From: an uncultured Gemmatimonadales bacterium
Lineage (GTDB): Bacteria; Gemmatimonadota; Gemmatimonadetes; Gemmatimonadales; GWC2-71-9
Length of the DNA stretch: 64,000 bases
Direction of reading: 5' to 3'
Assembly: GCA_963825055.1 (NCBI GenBank)
Contig: CAWGSK010000012.1
Location: 192,001 to 256,000, forward strand
Part shown: positions 38,852 to 48,323 of the stretch, one piece after another
Layout: every line of letters starts with the position of its first letter
How positions within the stretch are numbered: position 1 is the stretch's first letter
Program-made: the position numbers and the translations under genes
Notes under the pieces: generated by a model
The model's database searches: none
Told to the model about the DNA's origin: nothing
The model's input: the letters and a program-made list of their open reading frames with translations, nothing else

Positions 38852-40035
38852 CGCATCCCGGCCGGCGCCCGGCGGTCACCATGCTCGGCCTGCTCGCCCT
38901 GGCCGAGCTGCTGGGGATGGCCCTCTGGTTCGCGGCCAGCGCTGTGGCTCCCGAACTCCGGGCCCGCTGGGGGCTGAGCGCCGAGGCCGCCGCATGGCTC
39001 ACCGGCGTGGTGCAGCTCGGATTCGTCGCGGGCACCGCACTCGCGGCCGTCCTCAACCTGGCCGACATCATTCCGTCACGAGCGTACTTCGCGCTGGCTG
39101 CGGTCCTGGCCGCAGTGGCCAATACCGCCCTGCTCCTGGTCGACTCGTATTCCGCCGCGCTCGTGGCCCGGTTCTTCACGGGCTTCTTCCTGGCCGGGGT
39201 ATATCCGCCGGCGCTCAAGATGGCGGCGACGTGGTCCTCGAAGGCCCGTGGCCTGGCCGTCGGGACGATCGTGGGCGCGCTCACCGTGGGCAAGGCAACG
39301 CCCTACCTCGTCACGGTCCTGTCCAGCCTGGCGCTCCGGCCCGTCGTGCTCGTGACCTCCGGCGGGGCACTGGTTGCCGCGGCTCTGGTCGGGCTCGTAT
39401 ATCGCGACGGCCCGTTCCCGTTCCCGCGTCGCCCGTTCGACTGGTCGCTGGTGGTCACGGTGCTTCGTCACCGCGAGACCCGCCTCGCGACCTTCGGGTA
39501 TCTGGGGCACATGTGGGAGTTGTATGCGATGTGGACGTGGGTGCCCGCGTTCCTCGTGGCCAGTTTCGCCGCCCATGCCGGGGGGGAGGGGCATCGGGGC
39601 GCCTACCTCGCGGCCTGGGGCGCCATCGCGATCGGTGGGGCGGGGGCCGTCTGGGCAGGATGGGTCGCGGCGCGCTGGGGCTATCCCCGGGTCGTGACGG
39701 TGTCGATGGCCGTGAGCGGGGCGATCTCCCTCGTCATCGGGCTCCTGTTCGGGATGACGCCATGGATCGTGGTTCCGGTCGTTCTCGTCTGGGGCTTCTT
39801 CGTCGTGGCGGACTCGGCCCAGTTCAGCGCGATGGTCACCGAGGTCGCGCCGCCGCATGCCGTGGGGACCGCGCTCACGATCCAGACCTCCATGGGTTTT
39901 CTCCTGACCATGGTAACGATTCAACTTGTGCCGGTTCTGGTGGAGAGTTTCGGGTGGCCCTGGGCATTCGTCGTGCTGGCCCCGGGCCCGGCCCTGGGGA
40001 TTGTCGCCATCGGCCGGCTGCGCCGCCCCGGCTAG
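38848..40035 (+). CDS. MFS transporter
   Basis: About 12 TM segments; YLGHMWELYAMW and VADSAQFS; GTGA overlap with the ABC-F gene. Confidence 0.88.
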   Translation: MTHPGRRPAVTMLGLLALAELLGMALWFAASAVAPELRARWGLSAEAAAWLTGVVQLGFVAGTALAAVLNLADIIPSRAYFALAAVLAAVANTALLLVDSYSAALVARFFTGFFLAGVYPPALKMAATWSSKARGLAVGTIVGALTVGKATPYLVTVLSSLALRPVVLVTSGGALVAAALVGLVYRDGPFPFPRRPFDWSLVVTVLRHRETRLATFGYLGHMWELYAMWTWVPAFLVASFAAHAGGEGHRGAYLAAWGAIAIGGAGAVWAGWVAARWGYPRVVTVSMAVSGAISLVIGLLFGMTPWIVVPVVLVWGFFVVADSAQFSAMVTEVAPPHAVGTALTIQTSMGFLLTMVTIQLVPVLVESFGWPWAFVVLAPGPALGIVAIGRLRRPG

Positions 40036-40217
40036 AACGATCGTTCTTGCCTCTGGACCACCGGGGGTGAATATTGGCGTCCTGCCGAAGTTGCGGCATG
40101 GCCGCACGAAAAAACCTTCCAACCTTGAGTTCCCCACCCGGAAGCCTGACCCCCTCAGGTCGCTGGGGGCTTGCCGTCCTGGAGTCACCTGCCCTCTTCT
40201 TCCCAGGAGTACGTCCC

Positions 40218-41639
40218 ATGAGGCATTCCGTACAACGTTTCTCGATGGCGGCCGGTATGGCCGTTCTGGTATCACTGTCCGCCTGCACGGACAGTACCAA
40301 CCCCCTGCCAACGGCAGCAGGGACTGACGGAGCCGTGGCGACCCCGGCCTTCGCCGCCACGGTGGCGGGGAAGACTTCGTATGTCCTCATTGCGCCGAAC
40401 ACGAGCCTGCCCGCCAATCTGGCTGCCAGCGTCGCGGCGGCCGGCGGAACCCTGACGGTCAGCCAGGATGCCATCGGCGTGGCCATGGCGGAGTCAGACG
40501 ACCCGTCATTCGCCGCCAAGGCGAAAAAGATCAAGGGCCTGCAGACCGTCGTCGCCGACCAGATCGTCCAGTGGGTGCATGATGACGACCTGGCCGTCGC
40601 CGCATTCGACGGCAATGCGCCGCCGGCAACCGGATCCAGCATCGGTGACGATGAGTCGTTCTGGTTCTACCAGTGGGCCCCGCGGTCGGTGCATGCGCCC
40701 GAGGCATGGGACCTTGGTGCGCGGGGTACGGGGGTACGCGTGGCGGTCATCGATGGCGGGATCCGCGCGACGCACATTGATCTGGCGCCGGTCATGGACG
40801 TGGCCCACTCGACCTCGTTCGTCCCGGGCTTCCCCTTCAATACGGACGTCGGCACCGGCTTCTGGCACGCCATGCATGTGGCCGGGATCGTGGCCGCGGC
40901 TGACAACGGCCTCGGAACCATCGGCATTGCGCCCGGCGCCACGATCATCGGCGTCAAGGCGCTCCATGGCGGCAGCGGCAGCTTCGGTGCCGTCATTCAG
41001 GCCATCGTGTATGCCGCCACGCCCATTGCCGAGGGCGGTGGTGGGGCCAACATCATCAACATGAGCCTCGGCGCCGTGTTTCCGAAACAGGGCAGTGACG
41101 CGGCACACCTGGCGAATGCCATCGGCCGCGCGACCACCTATGCCTACCAGCGCGGCGTGACGGTGATCGCCTCCATGGGCAACGATTACCTTGACCTGGA
41201 TCATTCGGCGAACCTGATTTCCGTGCCGGCCATGTCGCCGCACGTCATTTCGGTGTCGGCGACCGCCCCCGAGGGTTTCGCCTACGGGGCGACGGACTTC
41301 ACCCGACCCGCCTCCTACACCAATTTCGGCCAGTCGGCGGTCATTTTCGCCGGCCCCGGCGGCGACTTTGACCTTCCGGATCCGTTGTACGTTTATGACA
41401 TGGTCCTGAGCCCGGCCAGCGGCGGTGCGGACAACGGCTACTACTTTGCCGCGGGCACCAGCATGTCCTCCCCCGCGGTGGCCGGCGTGGCGGCGCTCAT
41501 CATCGAGAAGAACGGCGGCTCCATGTCGCCCGCGCAGGTGGAGGCAGCCCTCCGCCAGTCTGCGGATGACCTCGGCAAGCCCGGCAACGATGACTATTAC
41601 GGGCGCGGGTTCGTGAACGCGCTCCGCGCCGTCCAGTAG
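40218..41639 (+). CDS. S8 (subtilisin-like) serine peptidase, lipoprotein
   Basis: Lipobox LSAC, propeptide, catalytic VAVIDGG / HAMHVAG / GTSMS; SD AGGAG. Confidence 0.93.
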   Translation: MRHSVQRFSMAAGMAVLVSLSACTDSTNPLPTAAGTDGAVATPAFAATVAGKTSYVLIAPNTSLPANLAASVAAAGGTLTVSQDAIGVAMAESDDPSFAAKAKKIKGLQTVVADQIVQWVHDDDLAVAAFDGNAPPATGSSIGDDESFWFYQWAPRSVHAPEAWDLGARGTGVRVAVIDGGIRATHIDLAPVMDVAHSTSFVPGFPFNTDVGTGFWHAMHVAGIVAAADNGLGTIGIAPGATIIGVKALHGGSGSFGAVIQAIVYAATPIAEGGGGANIINMSLGAVFPKQGSDAAHLANAIGRATTYAYQRGVTVIASMGNDYLDLDHSANLISVPAMSPHVISVSATAPEGFAYGATDFTRPASYTNFGQSAVIFAGPGGDFDLPDPLYVYDMVLSPASGGADNGYYFAAGTSMSSPAVAGVAALIIEKNGGSMSPAQVEAALRQSADDLGKPGNDDYYGRGFVNALRAVQ

Positions 41640-41662
41640 CAAGAGGGTTTCCCGCCAGACCC

Positions 41663-41700
41663 GACCGGGTCCGTCCTTCGGGGCGGGCCCGGTCTTTCTT
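41663..41700 (+). terminator. Rho-independent terminator
   Basis: 14-bp GC-rich stem with a cUUCGg loop, followed by TTTCTT. Confidence 0.85.
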
Positions 41701-41800
41701 GCGGCCAGCCTTGGCGCCGGGCGCCATCCCGGGGCTAGATTGCTGGCCTCTCTCCATTCCAGTCCAGCGGACAGCGGATCATCACCACAGGAGCCCCTCC

Positions 41801-43819
41801 ATGCGGTTTTCCGTCCCATCCGGCCTGCGGGCGCTCGTGCCCGCCCTGGCCACCACCGTCCTCGCCATGCCGGCCGCCGCGCAGCAGCCGGCCACGCCGG
41901 CTCCCCCGGTACCGCCGGTCGCCCGGGTGGCATTCCAGCAGGACGCCGTCACCATGGAGCTGAATGACACGCTCCTGGTGAAGGCCACGGCCTACGATTC
42001 CTCGGGCAACGTCCTGACCGTGCCGGTGCGGGTGTTCTCCACCGCCCGCCGTTCGCTCGGCGCCGATGCGGAGAACCGGCTGATTGCGTACAAGCCGGGC
42101 GAGTTCATGGTGCTCGCGATGGTCCCGGCAGTCGGGTTCAACATTCGCGACACGCTGACCGTCACGGTGAAGTGGCCGAAGATCCAGTCGGTCACGCTCG
42201 CCAATGCACCCGCCCGGGTGTATGCGGGGACGGTGACCCGCCAGCACGCGAGGGTAGTGGACGTGACCGGCGCGGAGCGTGAAGATGCGGTGACCTGGCG
42301 GTCGAGCAACCCGAGCGTCCTGACGGTGGACCAGTACGGATATGTGACGACGCACAAGCCGGGCTCGGCGGTCCTGCATATGGAAGTGGGAGGGATGGAG
42401 GGGACCCATCCGGTGAGCGTGGTGGCCAACCCGGTCCGGTCGGTCGCGCTGGAGGCCACCGCGGAAGCCGCGCGGGTGGGTGACGTGGTCCACTTCAGCG
42501 CCACCGCGCGGGATGCCTCGGGCCGGGCCGTGGGTGACGCACCGGTAACCTATTCCCTGGTGACAGCGCTCGAGGATACCGTGATCGCGTCCGAGGCGGC
42601 CGGGACGATCGACCAGGATGGTTCGTTCGTGGCGCAGCGGGCGGGGGTGTTCACGGTCCTGGCCACGAGCGGTGGCCAGTCGGCCCGGAAGACCCTGACC
42701 GTCAATCACCGTCGCAAGGGACTCCGGGTCGCGCAGGCCGACGGCCACGGCTCAGTGAGCAACGCCCACACCTCGGACCTCTGGGTCTGGAGCGGGAAGG
42801 ACGGGAGGGACTACGCCGTCACTGGCACCTGGGGCGCCAGCGGTGTGGCGTACTTCTGGGATGTGACAGACCCGGCCAGCCCCGTGAAGGTGGACAGCGT
42901 ACAGGTCGACGCGCGCACCGTCAACGACGTCAAGGTGGACGAGGAGCGCGGGATCTGCGTGATCAGCCGGGAGGGCGCGTCCAACCGCAAGAACGGTTTC
43001 GTCGTGCTCGACTGCAGCAATCCGCACGACGTGAAGCAGATCTCCACGTTCGACGACGGGCTCTACGGCGGGGTGCACAATGTGTTCATCTGGAACAAGC
43101 ACGTCTTCGCCATCAACCAGGGCACGCGGTTCGACATCATTTCCATCGAGGATCCGGCCAACCCGCGCCGGGTCGGCGTGTTCGAGCTGGACACGCCGGG
43201 CCATGGTATCCACGACATCTGGGTGGTGGACGGCATCGCCTACACCTCCAACTGGGGCGACGGGGTCTGGCTGATCGACGTGGGCAACGGCATGGCCGGC
43301 GGCACGGTGGAGAAGCCGGTGGCGATCGGTTCCTACAAGTATCCCATCGGCGCCACGCACAGTGCCTTCCCCTATCGCAACAAGGAAACGGGGAAGTTCT
43401 ACGTGTTCGTGGGCGATGAGCAGTTCCCCTACGGCCTTGACGATACGGTGCCCGACGAAGCCGGCGGGTATATCCACATCGTGGACTTCACCGACCTGAA
43501 AAAGCCGGTGGAAGTCGCCCGGTACGACGTGCCGGAAGCCGGTCCCCACAACTTCTGGATCCAGAACGACACGCTCTACGTGGCTTACTACAATGCGGGG
43601 CTCCGCGTGGTGGACATCGCCGGGGAGCTCAAGGGCAACCTGTACGACCAGGAGCGGGAGATCGCCCGCTTCCAGGCAAACGACGCCAGCGGGTACGTCG
43701 CCAACGCGCCGATGGCATGGGGGCCCCAGCCACACAAGGGCTATGTCTTCTTCAGTGACTTCAACTCCGGGCTGTGGAGCGTGAAGCTGCCCGAGCCGAA
43801 GAAGGAACTCACGCCATGA
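41801..43819 (+). CDS. Secreted protein with Ig-like (Big_2) repeats and an LVIVD-repeat beta-propeller
   Basis: Signal peptide, VTWRSSNPSVLTVD, blades ending in WDVTDP / DFTD..KP, AYYNAGLRVVD. Confidence 0.8.
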   Translation: MRFSVPSGLRALVPALATTVLAMPAAAQQPATPAPPVPPVARVAFQQDAVTMELNDTLLVKATAYDSSGNVLTVPVRVFSTARRSLGADAENRLIAYKPGEFMVLAMVPAVGFNIRDTLTVTVKWPKIQSVTLANAPARVYAGTVTRQHARVVDVTGAEREDAVTWRSSNPSVLTVDQYGYVTTHKPGSAVLHMEVGGMEGTHPVSVVANPVRSVALEATAEAARVGDVVHFSATARDASGRAVGDAPVTYSLVTALEDTVIASEAAGTIDQDGSFVAQRAGVFTVLATSGGQSARKTLTVNHRRKGLRVAQADGHGSVSNAHTSDLWVWSGKDGRDYAVTGTWGASGVAYFWDVTDPASPVKVDSVQVDARTVNDVKVDEERGICVISREGASNRKNGFVVLDCSNPHDVKQISTFDDGLYGGVHNVFIWNKHVFAINQGTRFDIISIEDPANPRRVGVFELDTPGHGIHDIWVVDGIAYTSNWGDGVWLIDVGNGMAGGTVEKPVAIGSYKYPIGATHSAFPYRNKETGKFYVFVGDEQFPYGLDDTVPDEAGGYIHIVDFTDLKKPVEVARYDVPEAGPHNFWIQNDTLYVAYYNAGLRVVDIAGELKGNLYDQEREIARFQANDASGYVANAPMAWGPQPHKGYVFFSDFNSGLWSVKLPEPKKELTP

Positions 43820-44994
43820 CGCGGCGTCACGGGCAGGCGGCTCCCGTTCTGGGGGCCGTCCTCGCCCTGGCGCTTGCCGGGTGTGCCGGCGGACCCGCGC
43901 CCGCCGGCGTTGCCGTTCCCGCGGCGGCCCCCACCTACCGCTTTCTCGCCGGAGCCGAGTCCGCCGATCAGGTGGCCCTCATGCGCTTCACGCCCTGCCC
44001 GGCGCCCGACTGCGGTGCCGGGGTGGAGCGCACCTACGATGTCGGCTTTTTCCCGAGCGACATCGAAGGTCCGCACGGCGTGATCGCGTCCCATGACGGC
44101 AAGGCCTTTTACGTCAGCATCGCGCACGGCCGCCCGGCCGGATGGCTCCAGAAGTACGACCTCGAGACCGGACGCCAGCTGGGGCAGGTCGAGCTCGGCA
44201 TGTTCCCGGCGACCGTGGACATCGCGCCCCACGCGGAGGTCGTTTATGTCATCAACTTCAACTTCGACGACCCCGAGATGCGGCCGTCGAGCCTTTCCGT
44301 TGTGGACGGTGAGGACATGGTGGAGCTGGCCCGCGTGTCCACCTGCCGGATGCCGCACGGGTCGCGCGTCAACCCCGCGGGGACCATGCACTACAGCGGC
44401 TGCATGATGAACGACCTGCTGGTCGAGGTAGATGCACGGTCGCTCGTCCTGCACCGGCTGTTCAGCCTGGCGCCGGGCCATGAGGGGCCGGTGGCTCCGG
44501 CGACGATGGCCGCCGCGGGTGGCATGGCGCACGAGGGCATGGATCACGGTTACGCCAGGTCCAACGTCTGCTCGCCGACCTGGGCGCAGCCCTCGGCTGA
44601 CGGCACGCGCGTCTACGTGGCCTGCAACAAGTCGAATGAAATCGTGGAAGTGGACGTCACGGACTGGTCGCTGGTCCGCCGCTGGCCCACGCCGAAGGCG
44701 CCCTACAACCTGGCGGTAACGCCGGACGGAAAGCTGCTCCTCGCAACCCAGAAGGGTCCGGGGACGGTGAGCGTCTGGAACCTGGCCGACCACACGCTGC
44801 TGAAGGACATTCCCGCGAGTGGAAGGGTGGCGAGCGGTATCGCGGTCAGCGCCGACTCGCGCTACGCGTTCGCGACCCTCGAGGGCGTGGGCGGCGAGCC
44901 CGGGCTGGTCGACATCCTCGACCTGCGGTCGCTGGAGCGTGTGGCCAGCATCCCGATCGGGAAGCAGGCGGGCGGCATCGCGATGCTTCCCTGA
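43816..44994 (+). CDS. YncE/YVTN-family beta-propeller lipoprotein
   Basis: Lipobox LAGC, repeated P.G...DG...YV blades; ATGA overlap with the LVIVD gene. Confidence 0.8.
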   Translation: MTRRHGQAAPVLGAVLALALAGCAGGPAPAGVAVPAAAPTYRFLAGAESADQVALMRFTPCPAPDCGAGVERTYDVGFFPSDIEGPHGVIASHDGKAFYVSIAHGRPAGWLQKYDLETGRQLGQVELGMFPATVDIAPHAEVVYVINFNFDDPEMRPSSLSVVDGEDMVELARVSTCRMPHGSRVNPAGTMHYSGCMMNDLLVEVDARSLVLHRLFSLAPGHEGPVAPATMAAAGGMAHEGMDHGYARSNVCSPTWAQPSADGTRVYVACNKSNEIVEVDVTDWSLVRRWPTPKAPYNLAVTPDGKLLLATQKGPGTVSVWNLADHTLLKDIPASGRVASGIAVSADSRYAFATLEGVGGEPGLVDILDLRSLERVASIPIGKQAGGIAMLP

Positions 44995-44997
44995 CGC

Positions 44998-45805
44998 TCA
45001 TCTCCGTCCCTGGGCACGCCGCATGAGGGCCATGACGGCGCGCCTTGGCAGGACCCGCGTGACCTGCACGATCATCTTGTTGGCCAGCCCCGGCACCACC
45101 ACCGGCTTGTCCCCTGATCATGCCCTCATAGCCCGCACGAGCCACCGCATCTGCCTCCGTCGACAGCAGGTTCCGGAGCCAGGCCCGCCGGGGGTGCGGG
45201 CGGACGGGAATCCCGGCGGCTTCCTGGAAGCCCGTCAGCACAGGGCCGGGGCAGAGGGCCGTCACGCTCACGCCGGTGCCCGCGAACTCCGCCGCCAGTG
45301 ATTCGGACAGGGACAGCACGAAGGCCTTCGTGGCGTAGTAGGTCGCCATGCGCGGCCCGGGCAGGAACGAAGCCACACTCCCCACCTGCAGAATCCGGCC
45401 GTCACCCCGCGTGACCATCGCCGGCGCCAGCCGTCGCGTGAGCGCGGTCAGCGCCACGACGTTGAGCCGGATCAACCCCAGGATCCGCTCCGGGTCCGTC
45501 TCCAGGAATCCAGCCAGGGTACCGGCACCCGCGTTGTTGACGAGGGTATCCACCTCGAGGCCCTGCCGCTCGAGAGCGGCCGCCAGGGCTGCCGCCGCGC
45601 CCGGCTCGGCCAGATCGGCGGGGAGGACGTGGGCCGTGATGCCGTATCGCTGCTCCAGGTCGGTGGCCAGATCACGGAGGCGTTGTTCCCGGCGGGCCGA
45701 GAGCACTACATCCGCGCCGCCTTCGGCAATGATACGGGCCAGCTCGAGTCCGATGCCACTGGAGGCGCCGGTGACCAGGGCCAGCCGCGGTTGCCGGGCG
45801 CTCAT
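44998..45805 (-). pseudogene. Short-chain dehydrogenase/reductase with a 1-nt frameshift near its 3' end (real mutation or sequencing error)
   Basis: TGASSGIG, NNAG and YYATK. After GYEGMIR, the typical tail KPVVVPGLANKMIVQVTRVLPR continues in a shifted frame from the G4 run at 45111-45114 and stops at 44998. Confidence 0.8.
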
Positions 45806-46224
45806 TCCGGGTCCACCGGCCGGCGCCTGGCCTTGGTTTCCGCCCGCTTGCGCTTTGCCGCCAGCCGCCGCTCCTTCGAAGCCCGGGTCGGCCGGGTGGG
45901 TTTCCGCTTCTTTCGAGGCGTGAGTCCACGCAGGAGAAGGTCCTGGAACCGCCGGAGCGCTTCATCACGGTTCCGCGCCTGGCTCCGGTGGACGGCGGAC
46001 ACAATCCTGAGGCGTCCCTGGCCGTCGAGCCGATGGCCTATCCGTTCGCGCAGCATGGCGCGCTGCGCCTCATCCAGGCTGGGCGAGTGCTCCAGGTCCC
46101 ACCACAGCTCCACGCGGGTCGCCGAACGGTTCACGTGCTGGCCCCCGGGTCCGCCGGCGGGGGTGGCCTTGAACTCGAGTTCGCTTTCCGGAATGGTGAG
46201 ATCCGGGGTGATGGAGAGGCCCAT
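45802..46224 (-). CDS. arfB: Alternative ribosome rescue peptidyl-tRNA hydrolase ArfB
   Basis: GGPGGQHVN, RSQARN, basic tail PTRPTRASKERRLAAKRKR. Confidence 0.93.
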   Translation of the reverse strand: MGLSITPDLTIPESELEFKATPAGGPGGQHVNRSATRVELWWDLEHSPSLDEAQRAMLRERIGHRLDGQGRLRIVSAVHRSQARNRDEALRRFQDLLLRGLTPRKKRKPTRPTRASKERRLAAKRKRAETKARRRPVDPE

Positions 46225-46245
46225 GATGGAAAGTAGCTGGGAGTC

Positions 46246-46309
46246 GGCAGCTGGCAGCAAGGAACAGGGAACAGGGAGAACACTCGATTCCCGATTCCCG
46301 ATACCCGAC
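46246..46309. repeat. Heptamer repeat tract filling the divergent arfB/larE spacer
   Basis: GGCAGCT GGCAGCA AGGAACA GGGAACA GGGAGAA, then TCGATTC CCGATTC CCGATAC CCGAC. Confidence 0.75.
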
Positions 46310-46321
46310 TAACTTTCCCGC

Positions 46322-47131
46322 ATGCCCGGCCTCGAGCTCCTCTCCCGCCACCTCCGCGGCCTCGGTCGCGTACTCCTCGGCTATTCCGGCGGGGTTGATT
46401 CCGCCCTGCTGGCGGTGATCTCGACCCGGGCGCTTGCGCCGGGTGACTTTCTTGCCGTGATCGGCCGAAGCCCGTCCTACCCGGAGGTACAATACCGGAG
46501 CGCGCTCGAGACGGCCGGGACGTTCGGGGTGCCCCTCAGGGAGGTCGACACCGCGGAGATGGACGATCCGGACTACGTCGCAAACCCGACCAATCGCTGC
46601 TACTTCTGCAAGCACGAGTTGTGGGGCAGGCTCCAGCGGATCGCCGCCGCGGAGGGGTATGATGCGATCATCGACGGGACGAACGCGGACGACCTTGGCG
46701 AGCACCGCCCGGGACTGCGTGCCGCGAGCGAGTGGTCCGTTACGAGCCCGTTCGCCGTGATGGGATGGACCAAGCAGGACATTCGTGCGGCCGCGCGGGA
46801 GCTCGGACTTCCGATCTGGGACGCGCCCGCGGCGCCCTGCCTCTCGAGCCGGATCCGATTCGGGCTGGCAGTGACCCCGGAGCGCCTCCGTCAGGTGGAA
46901 ACCGGGGAGGCGTGGCTGCGCGGGATCGGCGTCACCGGGGACCTGCGCGTGCGGCACCACGGGGATCGAGTCAGCGTTGAAGTCGCGCCCGAGTGGGTCG
47001 GCCCGCTGCAGCACCGCTGGGCCGAAGTCGAGGAGGCCTTCAACGAGCTGGGCCTCGTGGCGGTGGAACTCGACCCGGCGGGCTACCGGCGCGGCAACAT
47101 GGTCCGGTCGGCGGGGTCGAACGCCCGCTGA
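46322..47131 (+). CDS. larE: ATP-dependent sulfur transferase LarE (PP-loop)
   Basis: YSGGVDS, NPTNRCYFCKHEL, DGTNADD..HRPG, PAAPCLSSRI, LRVRHHG. Confidence 0.92.
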   Translation: MPGLELLSRHLRGLGRVLLGYSGGVDSALLAVISTRALAPGDFLAVIGRSPSYPEVQYRSALETAGTFGVPLREVDTAEMDDPDYVANPTNRCYFCKHELWGRLQRIAAAEGYDAIIDGTNADDLGEHRPGLRAASEWSVTSPFAVMGWTKQDIRAAARELGLPIWDAPAAPCLSSRIRFGLAVTPERLRQVETGEAWLRGIGVTGDLRVRHHGDRVSVEVAPEWVGPLQHRWAEVEEAFNELGLVAVELDPAGYRRGNMVRSAGSNAR

Positions 47132-47682
47132 TGCGACTGTTCGTGGCGATGCCGGTCAATGGCGGGCCCGCCCGGCAGCTGGATACACTCCTCCGTGACC
47201 TGACCGGGCGCGCCTGGCCCGTCCGCTGGGCCCGGCCAGGGCAGTGGCACCTGACACTCAAGTTCCTGGGCGAGGTGCCCGAGAGTCACGCCGACGCGGT
47301 TGGGGAGGTGGTGGGTGAGGCGGGACAGGGCACCGAACCGCTTCCCGTGTCCCTGGGCGAGGTCGGCGCCTTTCCGTCGCGCCGCCGGCCCCGGGTACTC
47401 TGGGTGGGTCTCGAGGCGCCACCCGCGCTGGAACTGCTGCAGGATCGCATCCAGCGCGGCCTGGCCGTCCTCGGATTCATGGTGGACGGGCATCCGTGGC
47501 GGCCCCACCTGACGCTGGGGCGCGTACGCCAGGGGGCTTCGCTGCCGCGGGATGCCGTTGCTTCCATCCCCGCACCCGACGGCGCCGCAGGCCTGATGGA
47601 CCGGATCGTTCTATACGAGAGCCAACTGCTGCCGACGGGAGCCCGTCACGTGCCACGATTCACCCGGCGGTTCGACGCATGA
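47131..47682 (+). CDS. thpR: RNA 2',3'-cyclic phosphodiesterase (2H family)
   Basis: MRLFVA, two HxT motifs (HLTLKFLG, PHLTLGR), LYESQL. Confidence 0.92.
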   Translation: MRLFVAMPVNGGPARQLDTLLRDLTGRAWPVRWARPGQWHLTLKFLGEVPESHADAVGEVVGEAGQGTEPLPVSLGEVGAFPSRRRPRVLWVGLEAPPALELLQDRIQRGLAVLGFMVDGHPWRPHLTLGRVRQGASLPRDAVASIPAPDGAAGLMDRIVLYESQLLPTGARHVPRFTRRFDA

Positions 47683-48323
47683 TCGGCTGCCTCACCTGGC
47701 CGTTCAAGGTCGCCGCGTTCCTCCTTCTGGTGCTCGCCCTTGCGGCGGCGTGGTTCTATCGCGACCGGCTGGGACCGCTGACCGACAAACTCCTGCACCG
47801 GACCGCGGCGGCCGAAACGGTGGGCCGGCCGGGGACTGCGGCCCTCCGCCGCGCCCGGGACAAGGTCGACTCTCTGAACGGCTGGCGCGCGGATTCGATC
47901 ATCCTTACGGCGAGCGAGGCCGCGTCGCTCATCGGGGCGGGACTGGACCCGGCCGTCCGCGGCGAGCTGGATTCCCTGGAGGTGCGGCTTGGCCAGGGCC
48001 GGGTCGACCTGTCCGGCGTGCTCAACACCCGGCGCGTGCCCCGGTCACTCCTCGGGCCGTTCTCGGGAGCGATCGGCGACCGGGAGCGCGTGACGGCGGG
48101 AGGCGCGCTCATCATGGGGCGCCCCGGCTTGGCGGTCTGGGATATTGACCGCCTCCAGATTGGCAGTTTCCCCTTCCCCAAGGACGTCGTGCCCCGCGTG
48201 GTGGAGCAGGCGTTTGGCGGTTCAGCGCGGGGCGGAGTGCCCCTCCATCTGCCCGAGGGGATCGGGGGTCTCAAGGTGCGCCCGGAAGGCGTAACCGTTT
48301 ATCCTGACAGGACTGGACCATGA
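47679..48323 (+). CDS. Membrane-anchored hypothetical protein
   Basis: N-terminal TM segment; ATGA overlaps on both sides. Confidence 0.7.
   Translation: MIGCLTWPFKVAAFLLLVLALAAAWFYRDRLGPLTDKLLHRTAAAETVGRPGTAALRRARDKVDSLNGWRADSIILTASEAASLIGAGLDPAVRGELDSLEVRLGQGRVDLSGVLNTRRVPRSLLGPFSGAIGDRERVTAGGALIMGRPGLAVWDIDRLQIGSFPFPKDVVPRVVEQAFGGSARGGVPLHLPEGIGGLKVRPEGVTVYPDRTGP

Noticed and set aside
40060..40180. c-di-GMP or c-di-AMP riboswitch
   Set aside because: I could not match the conserved cores by eye. Kept only as an unassigned structured leader.
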